Assembly (NCBI GenBank): GCA_050287845.1
Contig: JBNKCR010000026.1
Location: 18,353 to 82,352, forward strand
Direction: 5' to 3'
From: Polyangia bacterium
Lineage (GTDB): Bacteria; Myxococcota_A; Polyangia; JAAYKL01
DNA length: 64,000 nucleotides
The notes beneath the pieces were generated by a model. It did not search any database and was not told where the DNA came from. It saw only the letters and a list, made by a program, of their open reading frames with translations. Position 1 is the stretch's first letter. Each line of letters opens with the position of its first letter. Made by a program: the position numbers and the translations under genes. This document shows positions 1 to 9,800 of this stretch, piece by piece.

Positions 1-252
1 ACCCCGGTAGGATGGCACACTGCCGCCTTTGAGGGACACGATCGCTGCTTCCCCATTGGCACGGTCTCCAAACACGGTTCGGTCGCGTGCAGCAAATGCC
101 ACCTGGGAAATCCCCCTCGCCGACTGGCCAACTGCGACACCGGCACATTTTCGTGCATTCAATGTCATGGATGTCAGACCTCCCGTCACCGGGACGTCGT
201 TGGATATTCATGTGAGGACAGGAGGTGCTACGAATGCCATCGCACACCATGA
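1..252 (+). CDS. Multiheme c-type cytochrome, C-terminal fragment (5' end outside the window)
   Basis: Frame 1 is open from base 1 to TGA at 250-252 and reads ...CSKCH...CIQCH...CYECHRTP*, i.e. three CxxCH heme-binding motifs in 83 aa. The stop overlaps the next ATG (ATGA at 249-252). Confidence 0.85.
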   Translation, partial: TPVGWHTAAFEGHDRCFPIGTVSKHGSVACSKCHLGNPPRRLANCDTGTFSCIQCHGCQTSRHRDVVGYSCEDRRCYECHRTP

Positions 253-1979
253 TTCGACAACGGTTCGCATTCATCGTGATGATCATTTTCAGTCTGGCTG
301 GCATCGGCGTCCACGCAGCCAGGTTGGACGCGCGAATCACCTACGTGGCCCTGGACAGTGTCTATCTGTCGTGCGGTCGTGAATGCGGCGTGGCGGTCGG
401 CGACTCGTTCAGGCTGATGCGCCATGGCAAAATGGTCGCCCGAATCCGCATCATCCAGGTCAACGATACTTCGGCGTCCGCCACGGTGACCGTGAAGAAA
501 GGCCGCATCCAGGCGGGAGACCGGGTCATCCCTGAGAAAACGAAGACAACGAAGACGAAAAATGCCCGCGCCACCTCGCCAATCGGTGGTGTGGTGGTAC
601 CTCCGGCCACGTCCCATCAGAATCCACAATGGGACGAAGACGGCCTGCAGGACGTCTGGACCCGGGCCCTTATCGAATCCCCGCCGGTTCGGGTCGCGCA
701 CCGGAACACCGGCGCCGACCCGGATCGACTTACCACACTGGCGGCAGGCGCCGGAACCGCCCTGCACCAGTATGCCTACATTCAGAGCCGGAACTATCTG
801 CGCACCGAGCAGACCCTCTGGTTTTTTGCCCGCGGAGGCCAGGCATCGGAACCGGGAATGAGCTGGGCCGTGGACGGCACGCTCAAAGGCCGATACGACG
901 ACGGAAATGATCGGTATCTCGAAGATCAGCGGTTCATTCCCCTGATTCGCCGTCTCTCGGTTTCATATCGTTTCCGACAGCATCCCATCACCCTGACCCT
1001 GGGCCGCTTTTCACCGGATGCGCCTATAGTGCATACCATTGATGGGCTGGAAACCGAACTGGAAGCCCGCCGCTTCTCCCTGTCCCTGTTCGGGGGAATT
1101 CTGCCCGACGAACAGGATATGGCGCCCACGGTGACCCGCCAGGCCGTTGGCATTGCCACAAGAATCACGCCGCTGGCTGCGGGGAATTACACTGCCGAAG
1201 CGGTGGTCCTGGCCAAACTGCACAAAGGCGCACTCTATCGCGCCGCATTGGGAATCAACAACTGGTTCTACACTGAATCGGGGGCTCATTTCTCCCAGAC
1301 AGCCGTTGTTGATTTTCTCTCTGCATCGAAAGATGCCAAGTCCCGGGGAGACGTCACCCTAAGCCGCGCCACCGTTGACGCCGCATGGCCCCTGACCGGA
1401 CGCATGCAGATGGATGTGCGCGGACGCTACGACAAATCGGTTCTGTTTTCCCGGGATTACAGCGACCTGCCCCCGGAATGGCTTTCATATGTCGATTGCA
1501 CCGGACAGGCGCGGCTGGAAACGGGCCTGCCCATGCGTACCCGCAGGTATCGCGAAGTTCGTCCATTTGTATTCGGCCGGGCCGATCTGGTTTCCTGCGG
1601 GGTGGATGGCGGCAGAGGCGGAGCGGGCGTCAGCATTCGCGATGACTCCGTATTTTCTTCGCAAACCGGCCTGACCACGGTTGTCGACTACAGCGGGGGC
1701 ACCGGTCAGACGCTGAATATTGACCTCACTACCAATACGCCTTTTAAAAGCGGTGCGCTGCAGCTGCTCGGCGGGCTATATACCACATGGAACTGGGTAT
1801 CTCAGTCCGAAGTGCACACCCTGCGCAATCTCGCTTTTGTAATGCTGCAGGGACAACTGCGGCCCAACATTGATTTGTTCGCCAATTTGCAGGCCGGTTA
1901 TGACCACGCGCTGGTACGCCTGACATATCCGTTCGGGGTGTGGATGCAGGTTCACATGGGAATTACCGCACGCTACTGA
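249..1979 (+). CDS. Predicted outer-membrane beta-barrel protein with an N-terminal small beta (FlgT-C-like) domain
   Basis: ATG at 249 is coupled to the cytochrome stop. Signal-peptide-like MIRQRFAFIVMIIFSLAGIGVHA; VYLxxGxxxGVxxGD domain; amphipathic beta-strand pattern; C-terminal aromatic residue (GITARY). Confidence 0.65.
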   Translation: MIRQRFAFIVMIIFSLAGIGVHAARLDARITYVALDSVYLSCGRECGVAVGDSFRLMRHGKMVARIRIIQVNDTSASATVTVKKGRIQAGDRVIPEKTKTTKTKNARATSPIGGVVVPPATSHQNPQWDEDGLQDVWTRALIESPPVRVAHRNTGADPDRLTTLAAGAGTALHQYAYIQSRNYLRTEQTLWFFARGGQASEPGMSWAVDGTLKGRYDDGNDRYLEDQRFIPLIRRLSVSYRFRQHPITLTLGRFSPDAPIVHTIDGLETELEARRFSLSLFGGILPDEQDMAPTVTRQAVGIATRITPLAAGNYTAEAVVLAKLHKGALYRAALGINNWFYTESGAHFSQTAVVDFLSASKDAKSRGDVTLSRATVDAAWPLTGRMQMDVRGRYDKSVLFSRDYSDLPPEWLSYVDCTGQARLETGLPMRTRRYREVRPFVFGRADLVSCGVDGGRGGAGVSIRDDSVFSSQTGLTTVVDYSGGTGQTLNIDLTTNTPFKSGALQLLGGLYTTWNWVSQSEVHTLRNLAFVMLQGQLRPNIDLFANLQAGYDHALVRLTYPFGVWMQVHMGITARY

Positions 1980-2002
1980 CCCCCATCTCTATTTTAATGA
2001 CA

Positions 2003-4261
2003 TTACATCTTCGGAGGAGGCATTTTAGTCAGCGGCCCGCCTTCGTATCTGACTTCGGGAATCGGTTTGAGCTCCGTGGCCACGAAAAGATCGTAGGCAT
2101 CCTTTACGCGGGCAAACGCTTCAGGCTCCGTCTTTTCCAGAGATTCCCCCTGTTCTCCCTTTTTTAGATTGTAAAACCGGAGAGCACCGGTCTGATCGAG
2201 CACATGCAATTTCCATCCATCGTATATAAACACACGCCGGGCATCGTACATATCGTTCTGGCGAAGATCGGCAAAGACATATGGAATTTCGAGTTGCTGT
2301 CCCGGTACCCAATCCGGCAACAGGCTGATACTGTGTGACCCTGCAGGCACCGGTTGGCCAAATAAATCCAGCAGCGTCGCAAACAGGTGAATGGCGCTGG
2401 TGGGGCGCTGAATATGTTTGGGCACAATACCCGGGCCGGCGATTGCCAGGGGAATCCGAATGTTTTCCTCGTACAGCTCATAGCCATGAAGCCACCGACC
2501 GTGTTCATGAAACGACTCCCCATGATCCGCGGAAAGAATGACCAGCGTGCGTTTATCCAGACCCAGCTCCCGGAACTTATCGAGCACCTTTCCCACATAA
2601 AAGTCAGTGTACAGCACTTCATGGTCGTAGCGATCCCGCCGGGATGTCCCGAACTGCCTGAAACCCTCATGGGTCAGATAATCGCCATGGGGATCCATGA
2701 AATGCACCCACATGAAAAAGCGGCCGGACGTATTTTCGGGATTCTTCATCCACTTGATGGCAATTCGAGCCACGTCCGGCGAAGTGAATTGTCTGGCGGA
2801 ATTGACGGTATCGGTGGGTTGACCGGTGACAAACTCCCAATGGGTAAATCCCTGATGCCACCCATAGAACGGTCTGAACAGAAAATGGCTCATCAATCCG
2901 CCACACATCACTTCTTTGCCGCATATCAGCTCCGCCGCAAAGGTTTCATCGAGGCCCACCCGCATCTTCTGCAGACTGCTGCGGTGCAGTTCGCTGGGAT
3001 ACTTTCCGGTCATCATGGCGGGAATGGACTGTGACGTATATGAGCTGATGGAATAGGCATTCTCATATATCGCGCCATCCCTGAACACGGCATCGAGATT
3101 GGGCGTCAGGGGCCTCGGCTGTCCCATGAATCCCACCTCATCACTGCGCAGGGCATCCACGGTAATTAAAAGCACTGACAAATCCGCCGGCAAATCCGGT
3201 TGCTTCAGTGCCTGATTCACGGCGGTTTTCCTTACCACCCGACTGGCCAGCTGTTTCAGATTCAAATCCCCGCCGGAACAGTCCTCATCCACCCCATTGT
3301 CCGGAATTTCCGTTGCCCCGGGGTATATATGCGGATTGCCATCGTCGCAGTCGCGGCCCCCCAGCCAATGGGAATGCCCATCGCCATCCCGGTCGCCAAA
3401 CCGACGCGCGATTTTGCCGGTCATCATGGCAAGTCCTCCGGCGCCATTGACATTCTCCACCATCCCGGGGTCAACAGCAGATACCCTGAATGCCAGATAA
3501 GGCTGTACCAACAGAGAAAGCGCCACCACTCCCGCAGACACCCAGACCTGCCGACGCAGCCGACCCATGAATTGGCTGGCCAATATGTACAGAGGCAGAA
3601 TTCCCGCCAGTATCGCCAGTGCGCCTGTCACCGGTCCCAGACCCAACCCGTCCAGCCGCAAAAGGCTCATGAATGCAAATGGATTTCCATTTCCCCCTTC
3701 TCCGCCAATGTACCCATAGGACAACGAAACCACCGACACCAGCATCACCACGCCCAGCGCAACCGCCGGTGTTATCCAGCGTGAATCTGCCCATTTGCGC
3801 CGGGAAAGCTCGAGGCTGAGCCAATATCGGATTCGCAGGATGACCACAACCAATATCAGCGAAACCAGCAGCAGGGTACAGAGCAATGCAAGGGCCGCCA
3901 GACCCATATGGTGGAAGTGAATCATGAAGAACACGATGACCTGATAAAACAGCGCCGCTGTCCCGGGACCAAACAGCCCCCACACCAGAATACTGACGAA
4001 CGTTTCTGCGTTGGATGAAAACAGAAATTCTTTTTGCAACATCTGGCGAAAATGCGGGGGCAGAATCCAGAACGCCATGGTCACCAGTCCTGCCAGGGCA
4101 ATCCCGACCGGTGCCAGTAAACCGGCCGAAAAAAGTATCGCAAATCCCACTGAATCTCCGCCCGCCATACACCCTTCCACGACCCCAACAATGCTGCCGG
4201 AGACCGCACCACACAGAAGCGCCCGCACCAGGGCGCGTAAAAATACGTGCATAAACGTCAA
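2003..4261 (-). CDS. Membrane-anchored sulfatase/alkaline-phosphatase-superfamily protein with a Cys/Asp metal-binding repeat
   Basis: Multi-TM N-terminus; DRDGDG and CDDGNPHIYPGATEIPDNGVDEDC motifs; LLITVDALRSD, HFMDPH, SADHGE and HGYELYEE catalytic-fold motifs. Confidence 0.85.
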   Translation of the reverse strand: MTFMHVFLRALVRALLCGAVSGSIVGVVEGCMAGGDSVGFAILFSAGLLAPVGIALAGLVTMAFWILPPHFRQMLQKEFLFSSNAETFVSILVWGLFGPGTAALFYQVIVFFMIHFHHMGLAALALLCTLLLVSLILVVVILRIRYWLSLELSRRKWADSRWITPAVALGVVMLVSVVSLSYGYIGGEGGNGNPFAFMSLLRLDGLGLGPVTGALAILAGILPLYILASQFMGRLRRQVWVSAGVVALSLLVQPYLAFRVSAVDPGMVENVNGAGGLAMMTGKIARRFGDRDGDGHSHWLGGRDCDDGNPHIYPGATEIPDNGVDEDCSGGDLNLKQLASRVVRKTAVNQALKQPDLPADLSVLLITVDALRSDEVGFMGQPRPLTPNLDAVFRDGAIYENAYSISSYTSQSIPAMMTGKYPSELHRSSLQKMRVGLDETFAAELICGKEVMCGGLMSHFLFRPFYGWHQGFTHWEFVTGQPTDTVNSARQFTSPDVARIAIKWMKNPENTSGRFFMWVHFMDPHGDYLTHEGFRQFGTSRRDRYDHEVLYTDFYVGKVLDKFRELGLDKRTLVILSADHGESFHEHGRWLHGYELYEENIRIPLAIAGPGIVPKHIQRPTSAIHLFATLLDLFGQPVPAGSHSISLLPDWVPGQQLEIPYVFADLRQNDMYDARRVFIYDGWKLHVLDQTGALRFYNLKKGEQGESLEKTEPEAFARVKDAYDLFVATELKPIPEVRYEGGPLTKMPPPKM

Positions 4262-4422
4262 CCTATGTAAAAAAAATCGAACTCTTCATGAATATGTTAT
4301 TTAAAGGTCTTTTGCCGGTGTATCATATCTTCACTATTTTCCTCCCATAGAAATGTGAAAAATCTCCATACAGCCCCCAAACGCCTTCACAAACGCCAAA
4401 GATGTTGAGACAGTCCCGACGA

Positions 4423-6627
4423 TCAGAATCCGACACTCTCCCGTGGATTGGACGGGATTTCGGTCATGCCCCGCTCCCTCATCACCAGGTGAAGTTCGTG
4501 GGTCAGAATCGGCGCCCGCTCGGCAATGCGACGCAAATCCGAGCCCGCAATACAGAAGGCTTTCAACCCGGTCCGGGCAACGACGGTGGCGTTTCGGCGG
4601 CTACTGTATCCCATCGCCACATTTTCGCCGAAGAAATCGCCGGGACCGAGCGCCTCTTTCAATGATTCAACATTTCGGGAGCGCTTCAGAACGTCGGCTT
4701 CCCCGGATATGATAACGTAAAAATCATCGGACTTCCCCCCCTGGCGGACAACCACTTCGCCGCGCTCAAATTCCCGCGCTTCGGCGAGCAGTGAGATTTC
4801 GTGCTTCGCATGGGGATGCAGATTTCGAAACAGCTTCAACTGTGAAATGAACTCCCGGGACACCCAGAGACGTTCAAACCGCTTTTTCAGATGGTTCGCA
4901 TCCACAAATTCGAGGAATATATCGCCGGGCAAGCGGAACAGCACGCACGCAGAAAGCGTTCGAAACGCAGCATTGCGCTTCACATTGCGAATAATCGACA
5001 TTTCTCCAAAAAAATCGCCGCTCTCCAGCAACGCTATCTGCTTTGATTTTCCACCGCTCTGAATCAGAATCTCCCCACTGCCGGACAATATAAAATAAAA
5101 ACCATCGCTGTTGGCCCCCTGGGCAACCACTTCCACGCCGGGCTTCACTTCCAGTACTTTCCCCTGAGAAAACACTACATTAATCCAGAACAGGTCTGTT
5201 ACTTCCAGGAGATTCATTGTTTTCAGCAGCTTCAACACCAGGGACTGCGACAGGGAATTGCTTTCCAGGTAGGTGCGCCCCCACCCCGGCGTCGCCACAG
5301 AGAAGCGATTTGTGTCCACCCTGGCCGGGTTCACGTGGTAAAACAGAAAATCGGTTTGCGGATTCTGCACCACATCCGCTTCAAAGTCGGAAGGGTCTCC
5401 ATGAATCGGGGCGCCCCCCCCATCTATCATGACCAGACTCTCGCCCCCTCGCACCAATCCTTTCATGCGCTGCGCCTTCCCTTCGGTAATGGCGCCGGCC
5501 TGCACCATTTCGTCCAGCTTGCTGAACCCGGCGGTATCACTGCTGTGCACCACCGTGTACAGCTTGCCGTCTCTCCCGCGCACAGATACCCGGAATCCAA
5601 TGGTCGGAATCGAATGCACCGTATAAAAGAACTCCCATCTGGCCCCATATAAATTAAACGGCTTTCCGGGCACTACCTCTGTGAAAGTCAGATAGTTTCG
5701 AATCTCGTCAATCGATTCTCCGAGCACATTGCTGGTTTTGATAAGCATCGATTCATAAATTTCGCGCGTCGTAATGATATTGGCTGTCTGTTCGGATAAA
5801 ATCATATCCATCAGGGTGCAATGGTCGTCGTGAACATGAGACAGAATAACTCCTGCAAGGTCCGACTTCGGAATCCCCAGTTGACGGAGGTACTCTGATG
5901 TCCCCACCGGGCCATCCACCAGAAATCCATTGCAGTTGACCCACATCACCATTCCCGTAGTCGGCCCCTCAGTATCGAAACCCGAATAGGTTCCCAGCAG
6001 CTTCACGCGCAACACCTGCGGTATTTCCGGATGAATCTGCGGTTCCGTCATCACCGGCAATTGTTCCCCCGCAAATGTCAAGTCCACTTTCTGCGCATGA
6101 GCGCCATCTCGAATTTCGAATTGATTTTCCCCCGTGTGTACCACTTCCGGACCCGATTCCCACAGCGGAACCCCCGCGTTGTCCGCGGGGAACAGGGCAA
6201 AATCGAGAATATCGGCCAGTTTCAGAGCGTGGCCACCCCGTTTGATTGCCATGTAATTCATCATTTTTGTCAAATACTGAGTCCGGCTTTTTGAAATTCG
6301 CCAGTTTTTCATCTGCTCGCGAGAGGGACCATACAGTGTCACCATCATGGTCTCCTGAACCCGTCGACACATTTCCCCGGTGCCGATAACACGAAAGCGG
6401 CAATCCTGCTGTCCGCTATCGAAGAACAGATGCCAATATGCCAGAAACTCCAACGCAATCTGAGACACGCCATTCACATATGCAATATCGGGAAGCACAA
6501 CAACCCGGGGCATCTTCCGGTTTCCCCGGAGCACAAATTTCAATATTTCAGGAGGGGAGCCAAACAGTGCCGCATTTTCGTTCTGCTGCAGATGAAAGCA
6601 ACCGGGAAGAATCTGTTGAATATCCAT
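4423..6627 (-). CDS. MBL-fold metallo-hydrolase with two C-terminal cyclic-nucleotide-binding domains (putative cNMP phosphodiesterase)
   Basis: LSHVHDDH, TVHSIPT and SSDT MBL motifs; two GDFFGE...RNA phosphate-binding cassettes. Confidence 0.85.
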   Translation of the reverse strand: MDIQQILPGCFHLQQNENAALFGSPPEILKFVLRGNRKMPRVVVLPDIAYVNGVSQIALEFLAYWHLFFDSGQQDCRFRVIGTGEMCRRVQETMMVTLYGPSREQMKNWRISKSRTQYLTKMMNYMAIKRGGHALKLADILDFALFPADNAGVPLWESGPEVVHTGENQFEIRDGAHAQKVDLTFAGEQLPVMTEPQIHPEIPQVLRVKLLGTYSGFDTEGPTTGMVMWVNCNGFLVDGPVGTSEYLRQLGIPKSDLAGVILSHVHDDHCTLMDMILSEQTANIITTREIYESMLIKTSNVLGESIDEIRNYLTFTEVVPGKPFNLYGARWEFFYTVHSIPTIGFRVSVRGRDGKLYTVVHSSDTAGFSKLDEMVQAGAITEGKAQRMKGLVRGGESLVMIDGGGAPIHGDPSDFEADVVQNPQTDFLFYHVNPARVDTNRFSVATPGWGRTYLESNSLSQSLVLKLLKTMNLLEVTDLFWINVVFSQGKVLEVKPGVEVVAQGANSDGFYFILSGSGEILIQSGGKSKQIALLESGDFFGEMSIIRNVKRNAAFRTLSACVLFRLPGDIFLEFVDANHLKKRFERLWVSREFISQLKLFRNLHPHAKHEISLLAEAREFERGEVVVRQGGKSDDFYVIISGEADVLKRSRNVESLKEALGPGDFFGENVAMGYSSRRNATVVARTGLKAFCIAGSDLRRIAERAPILTHELHLVMRERGMTEIPSNPRESVGF

Positions 6628-6866
6628 GAAGCCTCTTTCTTTCCCTACTCAAATCTTTCAAGATATAAAGGCCAGATGTCACTCGATTCCTACTGAGTGT
6701 TCTGTTCGGAACCAATACCAATTATACCGCCAATATTTGTGAAAACTACAAAAAAATATTATGACACTGTACGGGCTGAAAATTACGGTCCAATTTCGAA
6801 CCACAATTTTACACGTACAATCGTTGAAAATAATTTGCGAATTCTCAGACAACCCACACAGGCGGG

Positions 6867-7310
6867 TCAAATGGTGAGTAAAATTTTGGCGGTGGCTGGA
6901 TTGAAATCTCTACGAAAACAATAGCTGATGGCGCCGGGCGCAGAAAAAACGGCGCGCACCGTATTACTCAGCTCAATGGGTGGACGTATTCCCTTTTTTA
7001 CCTGCATGTCCTGCCAGTATTTCTGTTCTCCGGAGTCATTCATTCCCAATACCCTGCTGACAAACTGCTTCCGAAGCGAAGAACCCGTCCTCGCATGAAT
7101 GGGCTGAACCCGGTTTCCCTTGTAAGTAGTGATTTCTTTTCGAAAAATGCGCCGCACATCCACACGGGATACTGTGGACACCGGCAGATTCCGGTTCCCA
7201 ATAACCACAATATCATTCACGCTTTCCGCCTGTACAGCGGTTCGCTGTTGCATCAGCGCCGCTATAATCAACAGAAAAGGACCCAAAAGCTGGAAACCGC
7301 GTCTGGACAT
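6867..7310 (-). CDS. Small secreted periplasmic-binding-protein-like (PBP2-like) protein
   Basis: Signal peptide; DIVVIGN...VRRIF...YWQ...PP...PGAISY pattern typical of small porin-associated PBP-like proteins. Confidence 0.7.
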   Translation of the reverse strand: MSRRGFQLLGPFLLIIAALMQQRTAVQAESVNDIVVIGNRNLPVSTVSRVDVRRIFRKEITTYKGNRVQPIHARTGSSLRKQFVSRVLGMNDSGEQKYWQDMQVKKGIRPPIELSNTVRAVFSAPGAISYCFRRDFNPATAKILLTI

Positions 7311-7416
7311 TCAAATCTCCTCAAATCAGTAAACAGTATGCCCCCGTATGGATTGTGACATGGTCATCCGGATAAAATTCACAGAATTCAGGAGAAATGA
7401 TGAGCGAGGAAAAATA

Positions 7417-9024
7417 TCAGAATGAAACGGCTGCCTGACCGGCAATGTACCAGATGTGCCCGCCATACTGGTCCGACTGAGGATTGATCATATAGCCGCT
7501 GCCCTTGAGGGTCAGAAACGCCCCGGGCTTCACATTCACTCCGAACTGAACAATTGTCCATGATTCAAAATCCGTTGCATCATCCGGATAAAGCAGGTCA
7601 ATCCCGGCAAAAGGTGTGATGGTGGTTTCATCCAACTTCAGCGGCAAAGTATACGACAGAAGCCCGTAGCCGGACATGGCGATTTTATTTCCCTGCCAGG
7701 TGACCTGCAACGGGTCAGTGCCCAGAAACGCGGCTTGCATCTCCGAAGATCTGGGGGGGACTTTGTAATCCACTTTTCGCCAGACAAATTCCCCGGCCAG
7801 CCGCAACCCCTTAAACGACGCTTCGATGTCCGCCGCGCCGATGAGTTCCATGTAGTTCTCTTCAGTAACAGTGGCTGTTGTCAGGGCCGGATCGGCAGTC
7901 GGGTCCAGCGCGGTATAGTCATCAGTCATCGCAACCCGAATTTCCTGAGACCAGTTTGTGTACTCGCCGTAGTACCCATAACCTCCCAATGCCAATTTCC
8001 AATCCGTTGACGACAACTGGACTTTCCCCCGAACACCAACGGCTTTATTGTCATCCATATCGAAGAACGCATCGGTCGGACTGCGGCCGTTGGAAACAGT
8101 GACCGCGTACCGAATGGTCAACAGATCAGTGGGATAGAGTTGACCGAATACCATGATACCTGTCTGCGCACTGGGTACATATTCAAAAACCTGCATAAAA
8201 GGCATCAACGCCGTCAGACATACGGTGGGGCCATGGTCTTCATTCCAGATGCCATAGGGTGTCAGGTATCGGCCACCACGAATTTGAAACCAATCCCGAG
8301 GTGTAAAATCAAAATGTGCACGCTCGATGAAAACGCCCCCCAATCTGAATTCCGCGCCATAGGGGTTGGTTGTACCGGTATCCACACGCACGAACTCGCC
8401 CTGAGATGCGCCCCGCACGCCATTCGTGTAAACCACTTTGGGCACGGACGTGATGTCTCCCAGAGGAGAAAATGTAAACCGAACCTCTGCCAGAGTAGAC
8501 AGATTGTCAGTCATCTGGCTGGCGAAATACAGATTGATATTATTCATCAGAAACGAATTATGCTTCGTCTGATTCTGCGCAAACAGAATGCTGTCATCAT
8601 TTTGCGGAAAGCTCATTGCGTAATTCAGGTCCATAAATCCGTAAATCTGAAATTTGTCCTCGCGATTCGTAATATTTTCCATTAACTGAAGGCCGATGTC
8701 ATCCCGCTCTTCTCTGGCCGCTTCCAATTCCTCCCGAGTGGTCTGGTTTTCTGCCTTCAATGCTGCCACCTCGTCATCCTGAAGCTTCGACGACGCTTCC
8801 AGCGCCTGAATTTTATCTTCCTGAGCGGCGAGTCGCTGCTCCAATGCTGCGATTTTATCGGCAATCCCCACATCTGATGCGTCTGAATCACCGGAGACCG
8901 CTTCTTTTTCCTGACTGAACGCCGCGGATGCAACAAGCATTATGGAGAGTACAACTGCGAAACCCGTCATCCACACCACTGTATTCATTCCCATTCTGTT
9001 CATCGTCGCTTGCCTTTCAGTCAC
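7417..9024 (-). CDS. Outer-membrane porin-like protein with an N-terminal coiled coil
   Basis: Signal peptide, coiled coil (LEQRLAAQEDKIQALE), GRYLTPYGIWN and VSNGR porin-like motifs, C-terminal AVSF. The start may be the ATG at 9003. Confidence 0.75.
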   Translation of the reverse strand: MTERQATMNRMGMNTVVWMTGFAVVLSIMLVASAAFSQEKEAVSGDSDASDVGIADKIAALEQRLAAQEDKIQALEASSKLQDDEVAALKAENQTTREELEAAREERDDIGLQLMENITNREDKFQIYGFMDLNYAMSFPQNDDSILFAQNQTKHNSFLMNNINLYFASQMTDNLSTLAEVRFTFSPLGDITSVPKVVYTNGVRGASQGEFVRVDTGTTNPYGAEFRLGGVFIERAHFDFTPRDWFQIRGGRYLTPYGIWNEDHGPTVCLTALMPFMQVFEYVPSAQTGIMVFGQLYPTDLLTIRYAVTVSNGRSPTDAFFDMDDNKAVGVRGKVQLSSTDWKLALGGYGYYGEYTNWSQEIRVAMTDDYTALDPTADPALTTATVTEENYMELIGAADIEASFKGLRLAGEFVWRKVDYKVPPRSSEMQAAFLGTDPLQVTWQGNKIAMSGYGLLSYTLPLKLDETTITPFAGIDLLYPDDATDFESWTIVQFGVNVKPGAFLTLKGSGYMINPQSDQYGGHIWYIAGQAAVSF

Positions 9025-9445
9025 AGGTACATTGTATGCCGGTTAATTGACTGGTGTTCTCAGTGGGAACACACAATGGGGATGGAAACGGATTCACCAT
9101 ACCTGTCGAACAATCGCAACAGAGATTGCCTGCGGGACAACCGCCTGAGGTACAGTCATCGATGGTACACATTCCGGGATTCTGCGGATGCGTCACATCC
9201 AATAGACAGTAATCCGCAGGTGGCGATTGACAATCTGCCGGCCCGGTGCACGGCGCGCCCAACGCCGCTGTGTCCCCCTCCGAATCGGTTGTTGCCGTAT
9301 CCGCCCCAGCCTCCGCTTCGATAATACAGGCCTTAAATTCGTCATCCCAATACATGCCGTCCACACAGCGCTCGTCATCGCTTACAGAACAAGCTGACGC
9401 ATACAATATTGTCGCAATGAATGTTGCCAGAAAACAGTGCTTCAT
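9017..9445 (-). CDS. Cysteine-rich lipoprotein
   Basis: ATG at 9445 after AAGGAG; lipobox-like YASA-C; 14 further Cys residues in about 125 aa. Confidence 0.75.
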   Translation of the reverse strand: MKHCFLATFIATILYASACSVSDDERCVDGMYWDDEFKACIIEAEAGADTATTDSEGDTAALGAPCTGPADCQSPPADYCLLDVTHPQNPGMCTIDDCTSGGCPAGNLCCDCSTGMVNPFPSPLCVPTENTSQLTGIQCTCD

Positions 9446-9531
9446 ACTGCCATCTCTCCTTTGACGGGCGGGATGTTCAACACGCCCCTTCTCCACTTTC
9501 AATATTTGATTCGCAATCCATCATAATACGG

Positions 9532-9800
9532 TCAAAGCACCAGCAGCATCTCTGCAACCGCTGGATTGAAATCTTTTCTGAAGCAATAACGGATTGCCCC
9601 CCGTGCTGAAAACACAGCGCGCATGGTATTGGACAGTTCAAAGGGAGGCGTCGTCCCTCTTTTCACTTTCATGTCCTGCCAGTATTTTTTCTCGGCAGCT
9701 TCATTCATTCCCAGCACCTGGACAACAAAGCGCTGACGCAGCAAACTGCCAAAGGGCGCATGAATGGGCTTCACAGAAGCACCATTTCATAATGACACAT
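9532..9800 (-). pseudogene. Truncated paralog of the 6867-7310 PBP-like gene
   Basis: KPIHAPFGSLLRQRFV...KYWQDMKVKRG..PPFELSNTMRAVFSARGAI.YCFRKDFNPA aligns without gaps to the C-terminal 80 aa of 6867-7310. There is an in-frame TGA five codons upstream and no signal peptide. Confidence 0.75.
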
